A DNA stretch of 64,000 nt from NCBI GenBank assembly GCA_963706575.1, contig CAVPNL010000003.1, positions 64,001 to 128,000 of the forward strand. The letters are read 5' to 3'. Of this stretch, positions 19,415-28,777 are shown one piece after another. The translations under genes were made by a program, and so were the position numbers. Each line of letters opens with the position of its first letter. Within the stretch, counting starts at the first letter, position 1. The DNA is from an uncultured delta proteobacterium (GTDB lineage: Bacteria; Desulfobacterota; Desulfobacteria; Desulfobacterales; JAHEIW01). Below the pieces are notes generated by a model. The model worked only from the letters and a program-made list of their open reading frames with translations, was not told where the DNA came from and did no database searches.

Positions 19415-19450
19415 TTAACGCTCCTCTCTTTTCATTTTTTTCTACTCGTT

Positions 19451-21031
19451 CTACCAATTGGTTGCGGGTTTGGGCGTGCCGCGGTGATAGGGCGGATACA
19501 ATTCGGTTTCAAAATCCGAACCCATGATTTCGTCAACCACCATCACTGCACCCAACGAGGCGCCATCAACGCCACCTCCCCACAGGCGCTCGCCGTATTG
19601 GTCCCCGACAAAGAACAGGCCATCCACATAAGGGCTCCTGAGAGGTGGTCGTTTCTCCCCTATTGGACGCCAGTTTCCGTAAGCCTCGTCTGACGGTGTC
19701 CAAATCACAAATTCCACATTTTCTTCCCAACCCTTGAAGGTCTTTTTGAACCAGTCCATGCAGTAATTGATGACCCGCGCAACCTTCTTAGGATCGCGCA
19801 TTTCCTGATCGGTCAAGGCGGTGGAAAAACAAAAATCACGCTTGCCTTCCGGCGCCCTTTTGGCGCAAGCGGCGAAATTCCACATCACCATGTCTACCGC
19901 TCCGACGAAACCCTCGTGTTTTATAATGCCGGGCATCCAAATAAAGCTGCGTTCATCGACTCCGAATTCTTCCCAAATATTATTCCTTAAACCCATGTAG
20001 CCCGTCAGCAGCCCGGCTGACCAGTATTTATTCTGGAGCAGATTAACCCATTCCGAAGGGAAATGTCGTGGATGCAGAACATTGAAAATATGTTTGGGAG
20101 GGATGTTGCAGATGACCGTATCGCACTCGATGGATTCATAGCCGCCATCCTGTGAGCGTATTACGACGCCTCTTACTTTTCCGCCATCGATGATGATCTC
20201 CTCGACCGGTGTGGACCGTCGAATCTCACCCCCGGCCGCATTCAAGGCTTCTTCCATTGCCAGGGGTATCGCCATGCATCCGGGTTCGGCTATCGTGGCC
20301 ACCGACCCGCTGTGCAGGTTCATTTTAATATCCCGGGCCATGGCCATGTAGCCGAGAAAGTCTCCGGCAGGCGCCATGCGCGGCTCCGCCATGGCGTTTT
20401 GGCAGGCCATGACCACTTTGATATAGTCGTAGGCTTCCTCGTTTTCCGTCAGGCCTCTTTCTTCGAGCCAGGTTTGGACATCGGTTTGCATGGCGGCCGC
20501 GCATTCTTCCATGGAAAGTTGACCCATGGACCTCAGGGCCGCCAGTGTCTCGCGATACCCTTTCTCGCTTTGCCACTTATAAGGTTCCCTTGGCTGTACC
20601 TGATAAATGCTGCTGTCACGGTGGTCGACAAAACCCAGACCTTTGTTCACCGGCAGATCGACGGGTTTTCCGAGATGATCCAGCAAGAGGCGACAACGCG
20701 ATTTATTCCCCCAGAATAATCCATGGCCGCCGTTTTCGAAAGTATATCCGTCCAACAAACCTTTTTCGAAGATGGTCTTTAAATCCGGCTCACAGTGCGT
20801 TGCCCAGCAGCGGGTATCCGCCAGGGATTTCATCAAACCGCGATAGTCCAGTTCACGCCCGTCGATGGTAACCTTGTCACCCTTGCCGGTATAAGAAGCC
20901 ACGCGTCCACCGATATGCGGCGCTTTTTCCAATACGAGCACTTTTTTGCCATGGTTTTTTGCCAAAAGAGCAGCCGTGCCGCAACCGCCGATACCGGAAC
21001 CGACAATGACGACATCATATTCTTGTGCCAT
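19451..21031 (-). CDS. Phytoene desaturase (CrtI)-like FAD-dependent oxidoreductase; first gene of the sigma-54 operon
   Basis: VGSGIGG, LEKAPHIGGR, RAPEGK, GLFFVGD; RBS GGAGG. Confidence 0.8.
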   Translation of the reverse strand: MAQEYDVVIVGSGIGGCGTAALLAKNHGKKVLVLEKAPHIGGRVASYTGKGDKVTIDGRELDYRGLMKSLADTRCWATHCEPDLKTIFEKGLLDGYTFENGGHGLFWGNKSRCRLLLDHLGKPVDLPVNKGLGFVDHRDSSIYQVQPREPYKWQSEKGYRETLAALRSMGQLSMEECAAAMQTDVQTWLEERGLTENEEAYDYIKVVMACQNAMAEPRMAPAGDFLGYMAMARDIKMNLHSGSVATIAEPGCMAIPLAMEEALNAAGGEIRRSTPVEEIIIDGGKVRGVVIRSQDGGYESIECDTVICNIPPKHIFNVLHPRHFPSEWVNLLQNKYWSAGLLTGYMGLRNNIWEEFGVDERSFIWMPGIIKHEGFVGAVDMVMWNFAACAKRAPEGKRDFCFSTALTDQEMRDPKKVARVINYCMDWFKKTFKGWEENVEFVIWTPSDEAYGNWRPIGEKRPPLRSPYVDGLFFVGDQYGERLWGGGVDGASLGAVMVVDEIMGSDFETELYPPYHRGTPKPATNW

Positions 21032-21121
21032 ACGATACCTCCCTTTGCTGTTTAGTTCGAAATAAGTGTTTTTGGGTATTCATTCACGGGTGAGTAAAAA
21101 AAGATTTTAAGTTGAAAAAGG

Positions 21122-21138
21122 AGCAATTTAAATGCCAA
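21122..21138 (-). promoter_or_regulatory. sigma-54 (-24/-12) promoter for the leftward catabolic operon
   Basis: Minus strand TTGGCATTTAAATTGCT with GG-N10-GC spacing, ~90 bp upstream of the 21031 start. Confidence 0.85.
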
Positions 21139-21207
21139 TGTTAATAATTTTTATATATGCTATTATTTGAATGGCTTACACACAACGACCACAGATAGTG
21201 CCCGTTC

Positions 21208-21248
21208 ATGCACAATATATTGCACTTTGTGAACAAAATATTGTGCAT
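21208..21248. promoter_or_regulatory. Candidate upstream activator sequence
   Basis: Perfect 11-bp inverted repeat ATGCACAATAT-N19-ATATTGTGCAT, 70-110 bp upstream of the -24 element. Confidence 0.65.
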
Positions 21249-21253
21249 TTGAC

Positions 21254-21282
21254 TTGACACCCCTTACGCCTCTTTTTAAGAT
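21254..21282 (+). promoter_or_regulatory. sigma-70 promoter of the activator gene
   Basis: TTGACA-N17-TAAGAT. Confidence 0.7.
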
Positions 21283-21318
21283 ATCATCGTTTATCTAACG
21301 ACTTAGACGTGTAACGAG

Positions 21319-24300
21319 GTGATGATGAAAAATGCCGCTAATCCAAGAGAACCATCCGATGAAATCCAAAATCTATTGTCCATCAGTGCCCTGTTTAAGG
21401 GGACCTTCTCGATCGATTGGTTACTGGAGCTTTTGGCGGAATGGAAGCCTTCCCAAATTTTGTCTCATTTGGAAGCGGCTGCAAATGAAGGCCTGCTGGA
21501 AAAAAAAGAGCCGGGGAACTACTGTTTTGCTGATGAAAAAAAGCGATCTGAATGGATAAACCCGCTTTCGGAAGATGAAAAACGGCAATTGCATGTCCAG
21601 ATTGCTGATATTTTGATGCGGGATTTACCTGATAATGGACCAAAAGCTTACGCTTTAGCATATCATCTTATCCATATCCCAAACGATACAGAAAGATGCC
21701 ATTACTTGATTAAAGCGGGCGATCTTCATATGAAGGCCTTCTGCACCGAGGATGCGCTTCAGTGTTATAGTAAAGTTCTGGAGGACCTTTCAAATCTAAA
21801 CGACCAGGAGAGTGATCGTCTGTTTTATGAAACCGCTGTTAAATATTCCAAAATTTCGACGGCTCGACATGACACCGAAAAAGTTCTATCAATTATCAAG
21901 GAAGCGTACGCACGTGCGCAGAAACGGAACAATAAAGGATTTCAAGCACTTTTGTTGATGCACAGGGCCAAGAATGAATGGTTAAGATCGCGGTATCAGA
22001 GTGCGCTGAAAGAATTTGAGAATGGATGGGCACTGGCAAAAGAATTAAACGATCCGAGCATCTTGAAGTCGGCCACCACCTTTAGTGCCTTTTTTCTCTT
22101 CTGGCAGGGACGATTCAAAGATGCGGTTCAAATTTACGAAAAATCCGTCGCCGATATTGAAAAGTATCCCCGGGGAGGCTTTCCACTATTGGCCGTCATA
22201 ACCGTGGGCTATTGTTATTCCCAAATCGGGCAGGTCACACAGGGATTGGGAATGCTGGACGCGATCCGCAACCAGTGTCTGCAAAAGAATGATATCCATC
22301 TGGCGTCTTACACAGCCGCGAACTTAGGTAACATTTTAATCGAAATCGGTAGAATTGATGAAGGTATCCAATTTCTAAAGAAGTCAGCAAAAGAAGCGCG
22401 AAAGGCCCATAATGATTGGGTCTTGATCATGGGAAAAAAGGTCCTGGCCTATGCCTACTATTTGAGAGGTGAAAATAAACAAGCCGTTCGCTATCTTTCC
22501 AAGTTTTTGCGGGAAAGCCGCAAGGTCAAAGCGACCGTTTATTTATACCCCTATCTGATGGAACTCTGCCTTGCAATGAAAAAGGGAGATCTGCCACCAA
22601 TTGAAGGACTATCCTTAGAAAAAATAATTCAATCCACGATAAGGGGTAAAAACATTTTCCTAAAGGGGGTGGCCTATCGATACGAGGCAATTCTAAAAAA
22701 GAGGTCGGGACAGCCAAATGAGAAAATTATCCAGTCTTTAAAAAAATCGATGAAATGGCTTGAAGAGTCGGGACAGCAGATCGAGCTTTCTAAAACCAAA
22801 ATCGAACTGGCTCGCATTTACATCTCCACGAGAAAGGATGAGAAAGCCAAAGATATCATCCATCTTGCATCAAAAACCCTGGGCTCCGTTAATGAAGCGC
22901 TCATCCCCGATGATCTTCGGGCCTTCATTGAGGATCGGCTTCTCGGTGAAAAACTTCTTAAGGAAATTCTCAATCTGGGGCAGGAAGTGGTGACCATTCG
23001 TGACAATCGTGAATTGGTCCAGCACATTTTATCCACATTAAATCGAATTACAGGAGCTGAACGGGGAGGAATCTTTTTATGGGATGAGAAAACAGATCCA
23101 CCCAGATTGGTGGTTAGAGGATCCAAAAATCTCACATCCGATCAAATTTCTGACAAAAGTTTTGCATCCTCGATGAAATTGATCGAGGAAGTCGCTTTGT
23201 CCGGCAAGGGGCGTATTCTTAGTAGCCGCGATGAAAAAAAAGATGAGTCGTCAACGACAGACGACATCATTTTTTCACGAATTTGTGTTCCAATGATCCT
23301 GCGAGACAAAACAGTTGGTGTACTCTACCATGATAACCGGCTTCTAAGCAGTGCGTTTAAGGCCTCGGATCTTGAACTGCTTTCTTATTTTGCAGCACTG
23401 GCCGCTTTTGCGCTCGATAATTCCAGTGCCTACGAAGAAATCAAGAGACTAAATCAGAAGCTCAGTGAAGAAACACGATATTATAAGGAAGAGCATCTTT
23501 CGACACTTCATTTTGAAGATATCGTCGGTGAAAGTTCAGCGATAACGAACGTTCTTTCAAAAGTGGATCAGGTGAGCGAAACGGATGCGACAGTTATGAT
23601 TAGTGGAGAGACGGGCGCCGGTAAAGAGCTGGTGGCAAGAGCCATTCATCGCTACAGTGACCGAAGGAACAAGCCTTTTATCCGGGTTCACTGCAGTGCC
23701 CTTCCTGAAAGCCTTATCCCCAGCGAGCTATTCGGGCACGAAAAGGGCGCCTTCACAGGCGCTACTCAACGGCGACTTGGAAGGTTCGAGTTAGCAGATG
23801 GTGGAACCCTTTTTCTTGATGAAATTGGAGACCTTAGCCTGGACATTCAAGTTCGGCTTCTGCGGGTACTTCAGAGCAAGGAATTTGAAAGGGTTGGGGG
23901 GAGTGAAACCCTGAGCTCCGATTTCAGATTGGTTGTGGCCACCAACAGCGATCTTGAAAAAAAAGTTAAGGAGCAGAAGTTTCGGGCAGATCTTTACTAC
24001 CGCCTTGCCGTCTTTCCGATTTATGTGCCGCCCCTGAGGGAAAGAAAAGAAGATATTCCTCTTCTGGCGCACTATTTTCTCCAAATATACTCCAAGAAGA
24101 GAGGTAAAAAGTTTTCAAAGATACCGGATTCAGAAATGGAAAAGCTCTTTTTATACGATTGGCCTGGGAATGTTCGTGAATTGGAAAATATTATTGAAAG
24201 AGGAACCATTCTGAATAAGGGTCCCAAATTCAGAGTTCCCGAGCTCGGAACACATCATACGGAATTTTCTCATTATGATGGAAACATCACTTTAAGGGAG

Positions 24301-24459
24301 AATGAACGCAGGCATATTATCCAAACCCTTAAAAAAACGGGCTGGAAGGTCAGGGGTAGAGCTGGGGCAGCAGAGTTGTTAGACCTGCCGCCTTCCACTC
24401 TGGCCTTTCGCATGAAGAAACTCGGGATTCAGAGACCCAAGAAAACATCCCGGCAGTAG
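21319..24459 (+). CDS. sigma-54-dependent activator (bEBP): long helical/TPR-like N-terminus, GAF, AAA+, Fis-type HTH
   Basis: GETGAGKE, ELFGHEKGAFTGA, LFLDEIGD, WPGNVREL, GAAELL...STL..RMKKLGI; GAF-like CVPMILRDKTVGVLY. Confidence 0.93.
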   Translation: MMMKNAANPREPSDEIQNLLSISALFKGTFSIDWLLELLAEWKPSQILSHLEAAANEGLLEKKEPGNYCFADEKKRSEWINPLSEDEKRQLHVQIADILMRDLPDNGPKAYALAYHLIHIPNDTERCHYLIKAGDLHMKAFCTEDALQCYSKVLEDLSNLNDQESDRLFYETAVKYSKISTARHDTEKVLSIIKEAYARAQKRNNKGFQALLLMHRAKNEWLRSRYQSALKEFENGWALAKELNDPSILKSATTFSAFFLFWQGRFKDAVQIYEKSVADIEKYPRGGFPLLAVITVGYCYSQIGQVTQGLGMLDAIRNQCLQKNDIHLASYTAANLGNILIEIGRIDEGIQFLKKSAKEARKAHNDWVLIMGKKVLAYAYYLRGENKQAVRYLSKFLRESRKVKATVYLYPYLMELCLAMKKGDLPPIEGLSLEKIIQSTIRGKNIFLKGVAYRYEAILKKRSGQPNEKIIQSLKKSMKWLEESGQQIELSKTKIELARIYISTRKDEKAKDIIHLASKTLGSVNEALIPDDLRAFIEDRLLGEKLLKEILNLGQEVVTIRDNRELVQHILSTLNRITGAERGGIFLWDEKTDPPRLVVRGSKNLTSDQISDKSFASSMKLIEEVALSGKGRILSSRDEKKDESSTTDDIIFSRICVPMILRDKTVGVLYHDNRLLSSAFKASDLELLSYFAALAAFALDNSSAYEEIKRLNQKLSEETRYYKEEHLSTLHFEDIVGESSAITNVLSKVDQVSETDATVMISGETGAGKELVARAIHRYSDRRNKPFIRVHCSALPESLIPSELFGHEKGAFTGATQRRLGRFELADGGTLFLDEIGDLSLDIQVRLLRVLQSKEFERVGGSETLSSDFRLVVATNSDLEKKVKEQKFRADLYYRLAVFPIYVPPLRERKEDIPLLAHYFLQIYSKKRGKKFSKIPDSEMEKLFLYDWPGNVRELENIIERGTILNKGPKFRVPELGTHHTEFSHYDGNITLRENERRHIIQTLKKTGWKVRGRAGAAELLDLPPSTLAFRMKKLGIQRPKKTSRQ

Positions 24460-24499
24460 ACCTGTTCGAAATCCCCGCCGTCTAAATGAGGATTCGATC

Positions 24500-26509
24500 T
24501 CAGCCGAGTTGATAGCAGGTTTTGCCGAATAATTTCTGATTTAAGCCAATTAGATCGGCCCATTTCATGGGGCCGCCCTTTTCAGGAGGAAAACCTGTAC
24601 CCCAGATCATGCCAATGTCAATCATTCTCGGATCATCGACGATTCCTTTTTTCAACAAATCCTGACCAACCCTAACCATATCTTCGAGCACCTTTGTCTG
24701 CATTTCCTCAGCGGTCATCTCGAACTTTTCTTGATATGCTATAAGGGGAAATATTTCCGGATCCACGCTCCCATCCTTGAGAAAGAACCCTTTGCCGGAT
24801 TTTTTGAGACCCAGACGCCCATCCTTCACCACATTTTTTAAAGTATTTTGCTCGATCCCCTTACCCACGACCACATTGTAACTGACATCGATTCCCACCT
24901 CGTCGATCAGCCGAATCGGACCGAGTGGCATGCCAAATTGCACAAATGCTTCATCTACTTTTTCCACCGGATTGCCTTTTTCAACAAAATCGAGTGCGTC
25001 CATGAAGTAAGGGAAAAGAACCGCATTGACGATAAAACCAGGATTATCATTGCAAATGATGGGGCGTTTTCGAATTTCGCCGGCAAAATTCAGGAGATTG
25101 TCAATGGTATCTGGATTCGTTTTTTCTCCGCGTATTATTTCCACAAGCTGCATGAGCCAAACCGGTGAAAAGAAATGGACACCGGCAAATCTGGCCGGAT
25201 TTGCAACATGCGGTTGCAGCGAACTAAGGGGTATGGAGGATGTATTCGTTGCCAGGATACAGTCATCCTTCACTGTTTTGGATATTTCCTTGTAGACCTG
25301 GGCTTTTACGTTAATATCCTCATACACAGCCTCAATAACGAGATCCACATCATTGAATTCCTCCGTATAATCGGAAACGACTGTCAAGCGGCTCATGATG
25401 TCATCCACAGGGCTTTTGATCTTTTTCTTTTCGGATAGACCGTCAAATATCTTCCTTATAAAAGCTTTTCCGGCCTTCAGAGATTCGGGGATGTCTTTCA
25501 CTATGACCTCAATCTCGGTATTCCTCAAGACATCAATTGCAATTCCTCGCCCCATAGTACCAAAACCCAAAATGGCGATTTTCTTGAGCGGCTTGGGTTC
25601 GAAGTCCGTGCTCATCATGGCTTTAGGTTTGTCGCTCATGGTTTTCAGGAAAAAGGTATGGATACTTCCTTTGGCTTGATTCGAAAGTACGGCTTCAAGA
25701 AAATTGCGCTTTTCAATCTCCAGCCCTTCATCCAATGAAACTTTCACCCCTTCTTGTATGGATTCAATGGCAAGCATCAGACCGGGGATTTCTCTCCCTT
25801 TTGTCGTTTTCAGAACTTCCTGTTGGGCCTGATTGGCTGCGTCATCAATTTTTGAAAAATCGTGTTTTTTCCTCTTCAGCACATCTTCTGCGGAAATGAT
25901 CTCTGTTAAAAATTTAACCGCCTCATCAGTAAGATTACTTTCTTCTGGGATCAATTTGTCAATAATCCCATGCTGATACGCCTCGGAAGCCGGAAATACC
26001 CTGCCCTTTAAAATGAGCTCGATTGCGCTGTATCCGATAAGACGGGGGAGTCTCTGGGTCCCCCCTCCTCCCGGAAATATGCCCAAGCTGCATTCAGGAA
26101 GACCGAGTAGCGTCGTTTTTGACTCCTTTGCGATCCTAGCCGTGCACGCTAGTGCAAACTCGAGACCCCCACCCAGACAATGTCCTTCGATTGCAGCAAG
26201 TGTCGGATAATTTAAATGACTCATTCTTCGAAAGGTATTTTGAAATATGTCCAATTGCTTTAGCGTTTCTTCTCTATTTTTCATTTGATCGAGCATTTTG
26301 AGATTAGCACCAGCATGGAAAGTGCCAGGTTTCCTTGAAATAAAAATAACGCCTTTGGTGTCTTTAGCATTTTCCAGATCATCTAACAGCCCGATAAATT
26401 CATTAATCGCTTCTTTGGTCCAGGTGTTCATGACTTCACCCGGTACATCAAAGCTTACAACCCCGATGTCACCGATTTTATCCCATTTAAAGATTTTGTA
26501 ATTGCTCAT
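24500..26509 (-). CDS. Fatty-acid oxidation multifunctional protein (enoyl-CoA hydratase + 3-hydroxyacyl-CoA dehydrogenase), FadB/FadJ-like
   Basis: GHCLGGGLE, PECSLGIFPGGGGTQRL, GFGTMGRGIA, TNTSS, HFFSP. Start ATG 26509 follows GGAGG. Confidence 0.92.
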   Translation of the reverse strand: MSNYKIFKWDKIGDIGVVSFDVPGEVMNTWTKEAINEFIGLLDDLENAKDTKGVIFISRKPGTFHAGANLKMLDQMKNREETLKQLDIFQNTFRRMSHLNYPTLAAIEGHCLGGGLEFALACTARIAKESKTTLLGLPECSLGIFPGGGGTQRLPRLIGYSAIELILKGRVFPASEAYQHGIIDKLIPEESNLTDEAVKFLTEIISAEDVLKRKKHDFSKIDDAANQAQQEVLKTTKGREIPGLMLAIESIQEGVKVSLDEGLEIEKRNFLEAVLSNQAKGSIHTFFLKTMSDKPKAMMSTDFEPKPLKKIAILGFGTMGRGIAIDVLRNTEIEVIVKDIPESLKAGKAFIRKIFDGLSEKKKIKSPVDDIMSRLTVVSDYTEEFNDVDLVIEAVYEDINVKAQVYKEISKTVKDDCILATNTSSIPLSSLQPHVANPARFAGVHFFSPVWLMQLVEIIRGEKTNPDTIDNLLNFAGEIRKRPIICNDNPGFIVNAVLFPYFMDALDFVEKGNPVEKVDEAFVQFGMPLGPIRLIDEVGIDVSYNVVVGKGIEQNTLKNVVKDGRLGLKKSGKGFFLKDGSVDPEIFPLIAYQEKFEMTAEEMQTKVLEDMVRVGQDLLKKGIVDDPRMIDIGMIWGTGFPPEKGGPMKWADLIGLNQKLFGKTCYQLG

Positions 26510-26576
26510 CAACCAATCCTCCCCGATCTTAAACAAACTCAGTCCGACAAGCCTGATATTTTGGGCTGTCCTATCA

Positions 26577-26846
26577 TTAATTAGAGCCCCGGCGGGTGCC
26601 ATTCTCCAATGTCATAAATTTAGGAAGATGTTTCAGGCTTACATTTTGCCTGATTTCATTCAGATATTTCCTGCCCTCACGTGTAATATGGGTAAGGCCT
26701 CCCAGATCCAAGTGTATGGCGAGGTATCTTTTCAGACAACGATCAAAAACGCCTTGAATCACAGGTAGCGCAGTCAGATCAAGTACACCCTCCAATTTGA
26801 TGGTGATGGTGTTTGGGTCTATTATGGTTTCTTCGATATGAATCAT
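26577..26846 (-). CDS. Small STAS-like domain protein
   Basis: ITIKLEGVLD...IHLDLGGLTHITREG pattern; likely start ATG 26846. Confidence 0.65.
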   Translation of the reverse strand: MIHIEETIIDPNTITIKLEGVLDLTALPVIQGVFDRCLKRYLAIHLDLGGLTHITREGRKYLNEIRQNVSLKHLPKFMTLENGTRRGSN

Positions 26847-26901
26847 AAGATTAAGGCCTATTCTCAATCAGAGATTTTTAAGAAGTTATATGAAAATAAA
26901 A

Positions 26902-26917
26902 TGCAAAATGAGTGCCG
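26902..26917 (-). promoter_or_regulatory. sigma-54 promoter for the STAS-fadJ unit
   Basis: Minus strand CGGCACTCATTTTGCA (GG-N10-GC). Confidence 0.75.
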
Positions 26918-27299
26918 ATAAAACTTGACAGATCGAAAACATCATCAGCGCCGGGGTAGAGATCAAAGCGCGCTTATAAGCTAAACCATTTGAAAATCAA
27001 CAGTTATTTAGCGACATTCCTGGTTGACCTTTATTTGCTTTAATCTTGGTTATGAACGAATAGAAAAGAATGAAACGCGCTAAAAAAGTCCTGTTGGTTT
27101 GAGAATGAATTCAGATTCAAGCGCCAGAAACGCAATATACGGTTTTTTAAAAATCGAAATGCTGTGCATTGTTGCGCGGAATAGAGTATAAAATAGAGAT
27201 TTGATTTCCAATTTGCAAGGTGCAAGCCTCAGAAAAACAAATATTTAGCGACCTTATTAGGGATATGGCTCCGTCTGTGTCCTTTCGATGGAACGCCAA

Positions 27300-27315
27300 T
27301 GGCACGCATCTGGCA
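27300..27315 (+). promoter_or_regulatory. sigma-54 promoter for the thiolase-SDR unit
   Basis: TGGCACGCATCTGGCA (GG-N10-GC), ~80 bp before ATG 27393. Confidence 0.75.
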
Positions 27316-27392
27316 TTAAGAGAACGCGTCAAGCTGTTTAGCGGTTTCAATCCATTCCAATTCCCTGAATCATAACATGCAGGAGGTAAAAT

Positions 27393-28586
27393 ATGGATTT
27401 GAATGATGTTGTCATTGTCTCAGCCGTTCGCAGCGCGATCGGCACTTACGGTGGTCAATTTAAAAACATTAAAGGGGTACCGTTGGGTGTGCCGGTCATG
27501 GCTGAAGCCATCAAGCGAGCTAAAATAGATCCGGCAGTTATCGATGACGTGGGTTGGGGATGCTGCTACCAACGCGCCAAAAATGAAGTCAATATCGCGC
27601 GGGTGACAGCTATTAAAGCCGGCGTTCCGGTTGAGGTTCCGGCCTACACCGTGATGCGTGTCTGCACGTCATCCATGTGGGCAATTGCCCAGGGATGTAT
27701 GGCGATTCGCCAGGGGTATAACTCCGTGTTTTTGACAGGTGGCGTAGAAAGCATGAGCACGGTACCGTATACCATAGAATCCCTGCGTTGGGGGGCCCGC
27801 ATGGACCATGTGGAAGTAAGAGATATGATGTGGGATGGGGTGACAAGCATCGGGGTTGGCCCTGCGATGGGGATCACGGCGGAGAACCTTGCTCAAAAGT
27901 ACAATATCAGCCGGAAGGAACAGGATGAACTGGCCTGTCAAAGTCATATGAAGGCCACGGAGGCCATCAATAGCGGTAGATTTAAAGAAGAGATCGTTCC
28001 GATTGAAATACCCGGTTCCAGGGGAAAACCAACCATAGTGGACACGGACGAACATCCAAGACCGGATACCACCGTTGATGCCCTGGCCAAATTAAATCCC
28101 ATATTTAAAAAAGACGGCACGGTTACTGCCGGCAACGCCTCAGGGATCAATGACGGGGCGGCCGCGATGGTTATCATGCTGAAGTCCAAAGCAGATGAGC
28201 TCGGCGTCAAACCGATGGCCCGGATTGTGGATTTCAGCGTCGTCGGTGTTGACCCGGATTACATGGGATGGGGTCCGGTGCCGGCCACGGAAAAACTGAT
28301 GCAAAGAACCGGCCTAAAACTGTCAGATATGGGCTTAATAGAGATTAATGAGGCCTTTGCGGCTCAATATCTGGCATGCGAGATGGGGCTTGGACTTACA
28401 AAAAAGCGTGAGATTATCAACGTAAACGGCAGTGGCATCTCTTTAGGACATCCGGTGGGAGCCACTGGAGCCAGACTCGTTATAACCTTGCTGCATGAAA
28501 TGAGGCGACGCAATGTGCAGCATGGACTGGCAACATTATGCGGCGGCGGCGGCCTGGGAATGGCCATGATAATTGAATTGCCTTAG
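27393..28586 (+). CDS. Acetyl-CoA C-acyltransferase (canonical thiolase)
   Basis: RVCTSS, GNASGINDGA, INEAFA, GHPVGATG, LCGGGG; RBS AGGAGG. Confidence 0.95.
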   Translation: MDLNDVVIVSAVRSAIGTYGGQFKNIKGVPLGVPVMAEAIKRAKIDPAVIDDVGWGCCYQRAKNEVNIARVTAIKAGVPVEVPAYTVMRVCTSSMWAIAQGCMAIRQGYNSVFLTGGVESMSTVPYTIESLRWGARMDHVEVRDMMWDGVTSIGVGPAMGITAENLAQKYNISRKEQDELACQSHMKATEAINSGRFKEEIVPIEIPGSRGKPTIVDTDEHPRPDTTVDALAKLNPIFKKDGTVTAGNASGINDGAAAMVIMLKSKADELGVKPMARIVDFSVVGVDPDYMGWGPVPATEKLMQRTGLKLSDMGLIEINEAFAAQYLACEMGLGLTKKREIINVNGSGISLGHPVGATGARLVITLLHEMRRRNVQHGLATLCGGGGLGMAMIIELP

Positions 28587-28777
28587 TCGAAAAGGCCAGA
28601 CGCATTATTTTGCGTCAGATACAAAAAAATAATTTCCGGTTTTCAGAATAAAAGGGCATATTCATTCACCTGCTGCCCGCTGAATCATTGTGACCCGATC
28701 AAACAGGTGGGTCTTTATAAGAATCAGAAAACGACCCGCTCTCTAAACTCCGGCAAAACGAATTATTAGGCTGAAAA

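Noticed and set aside
26995..27007. IHF site between the divergent sigma-54 promoters (AATCAACAGTTA)
   Set aside because: Spacing is one base short of WATCAANNNNTTR
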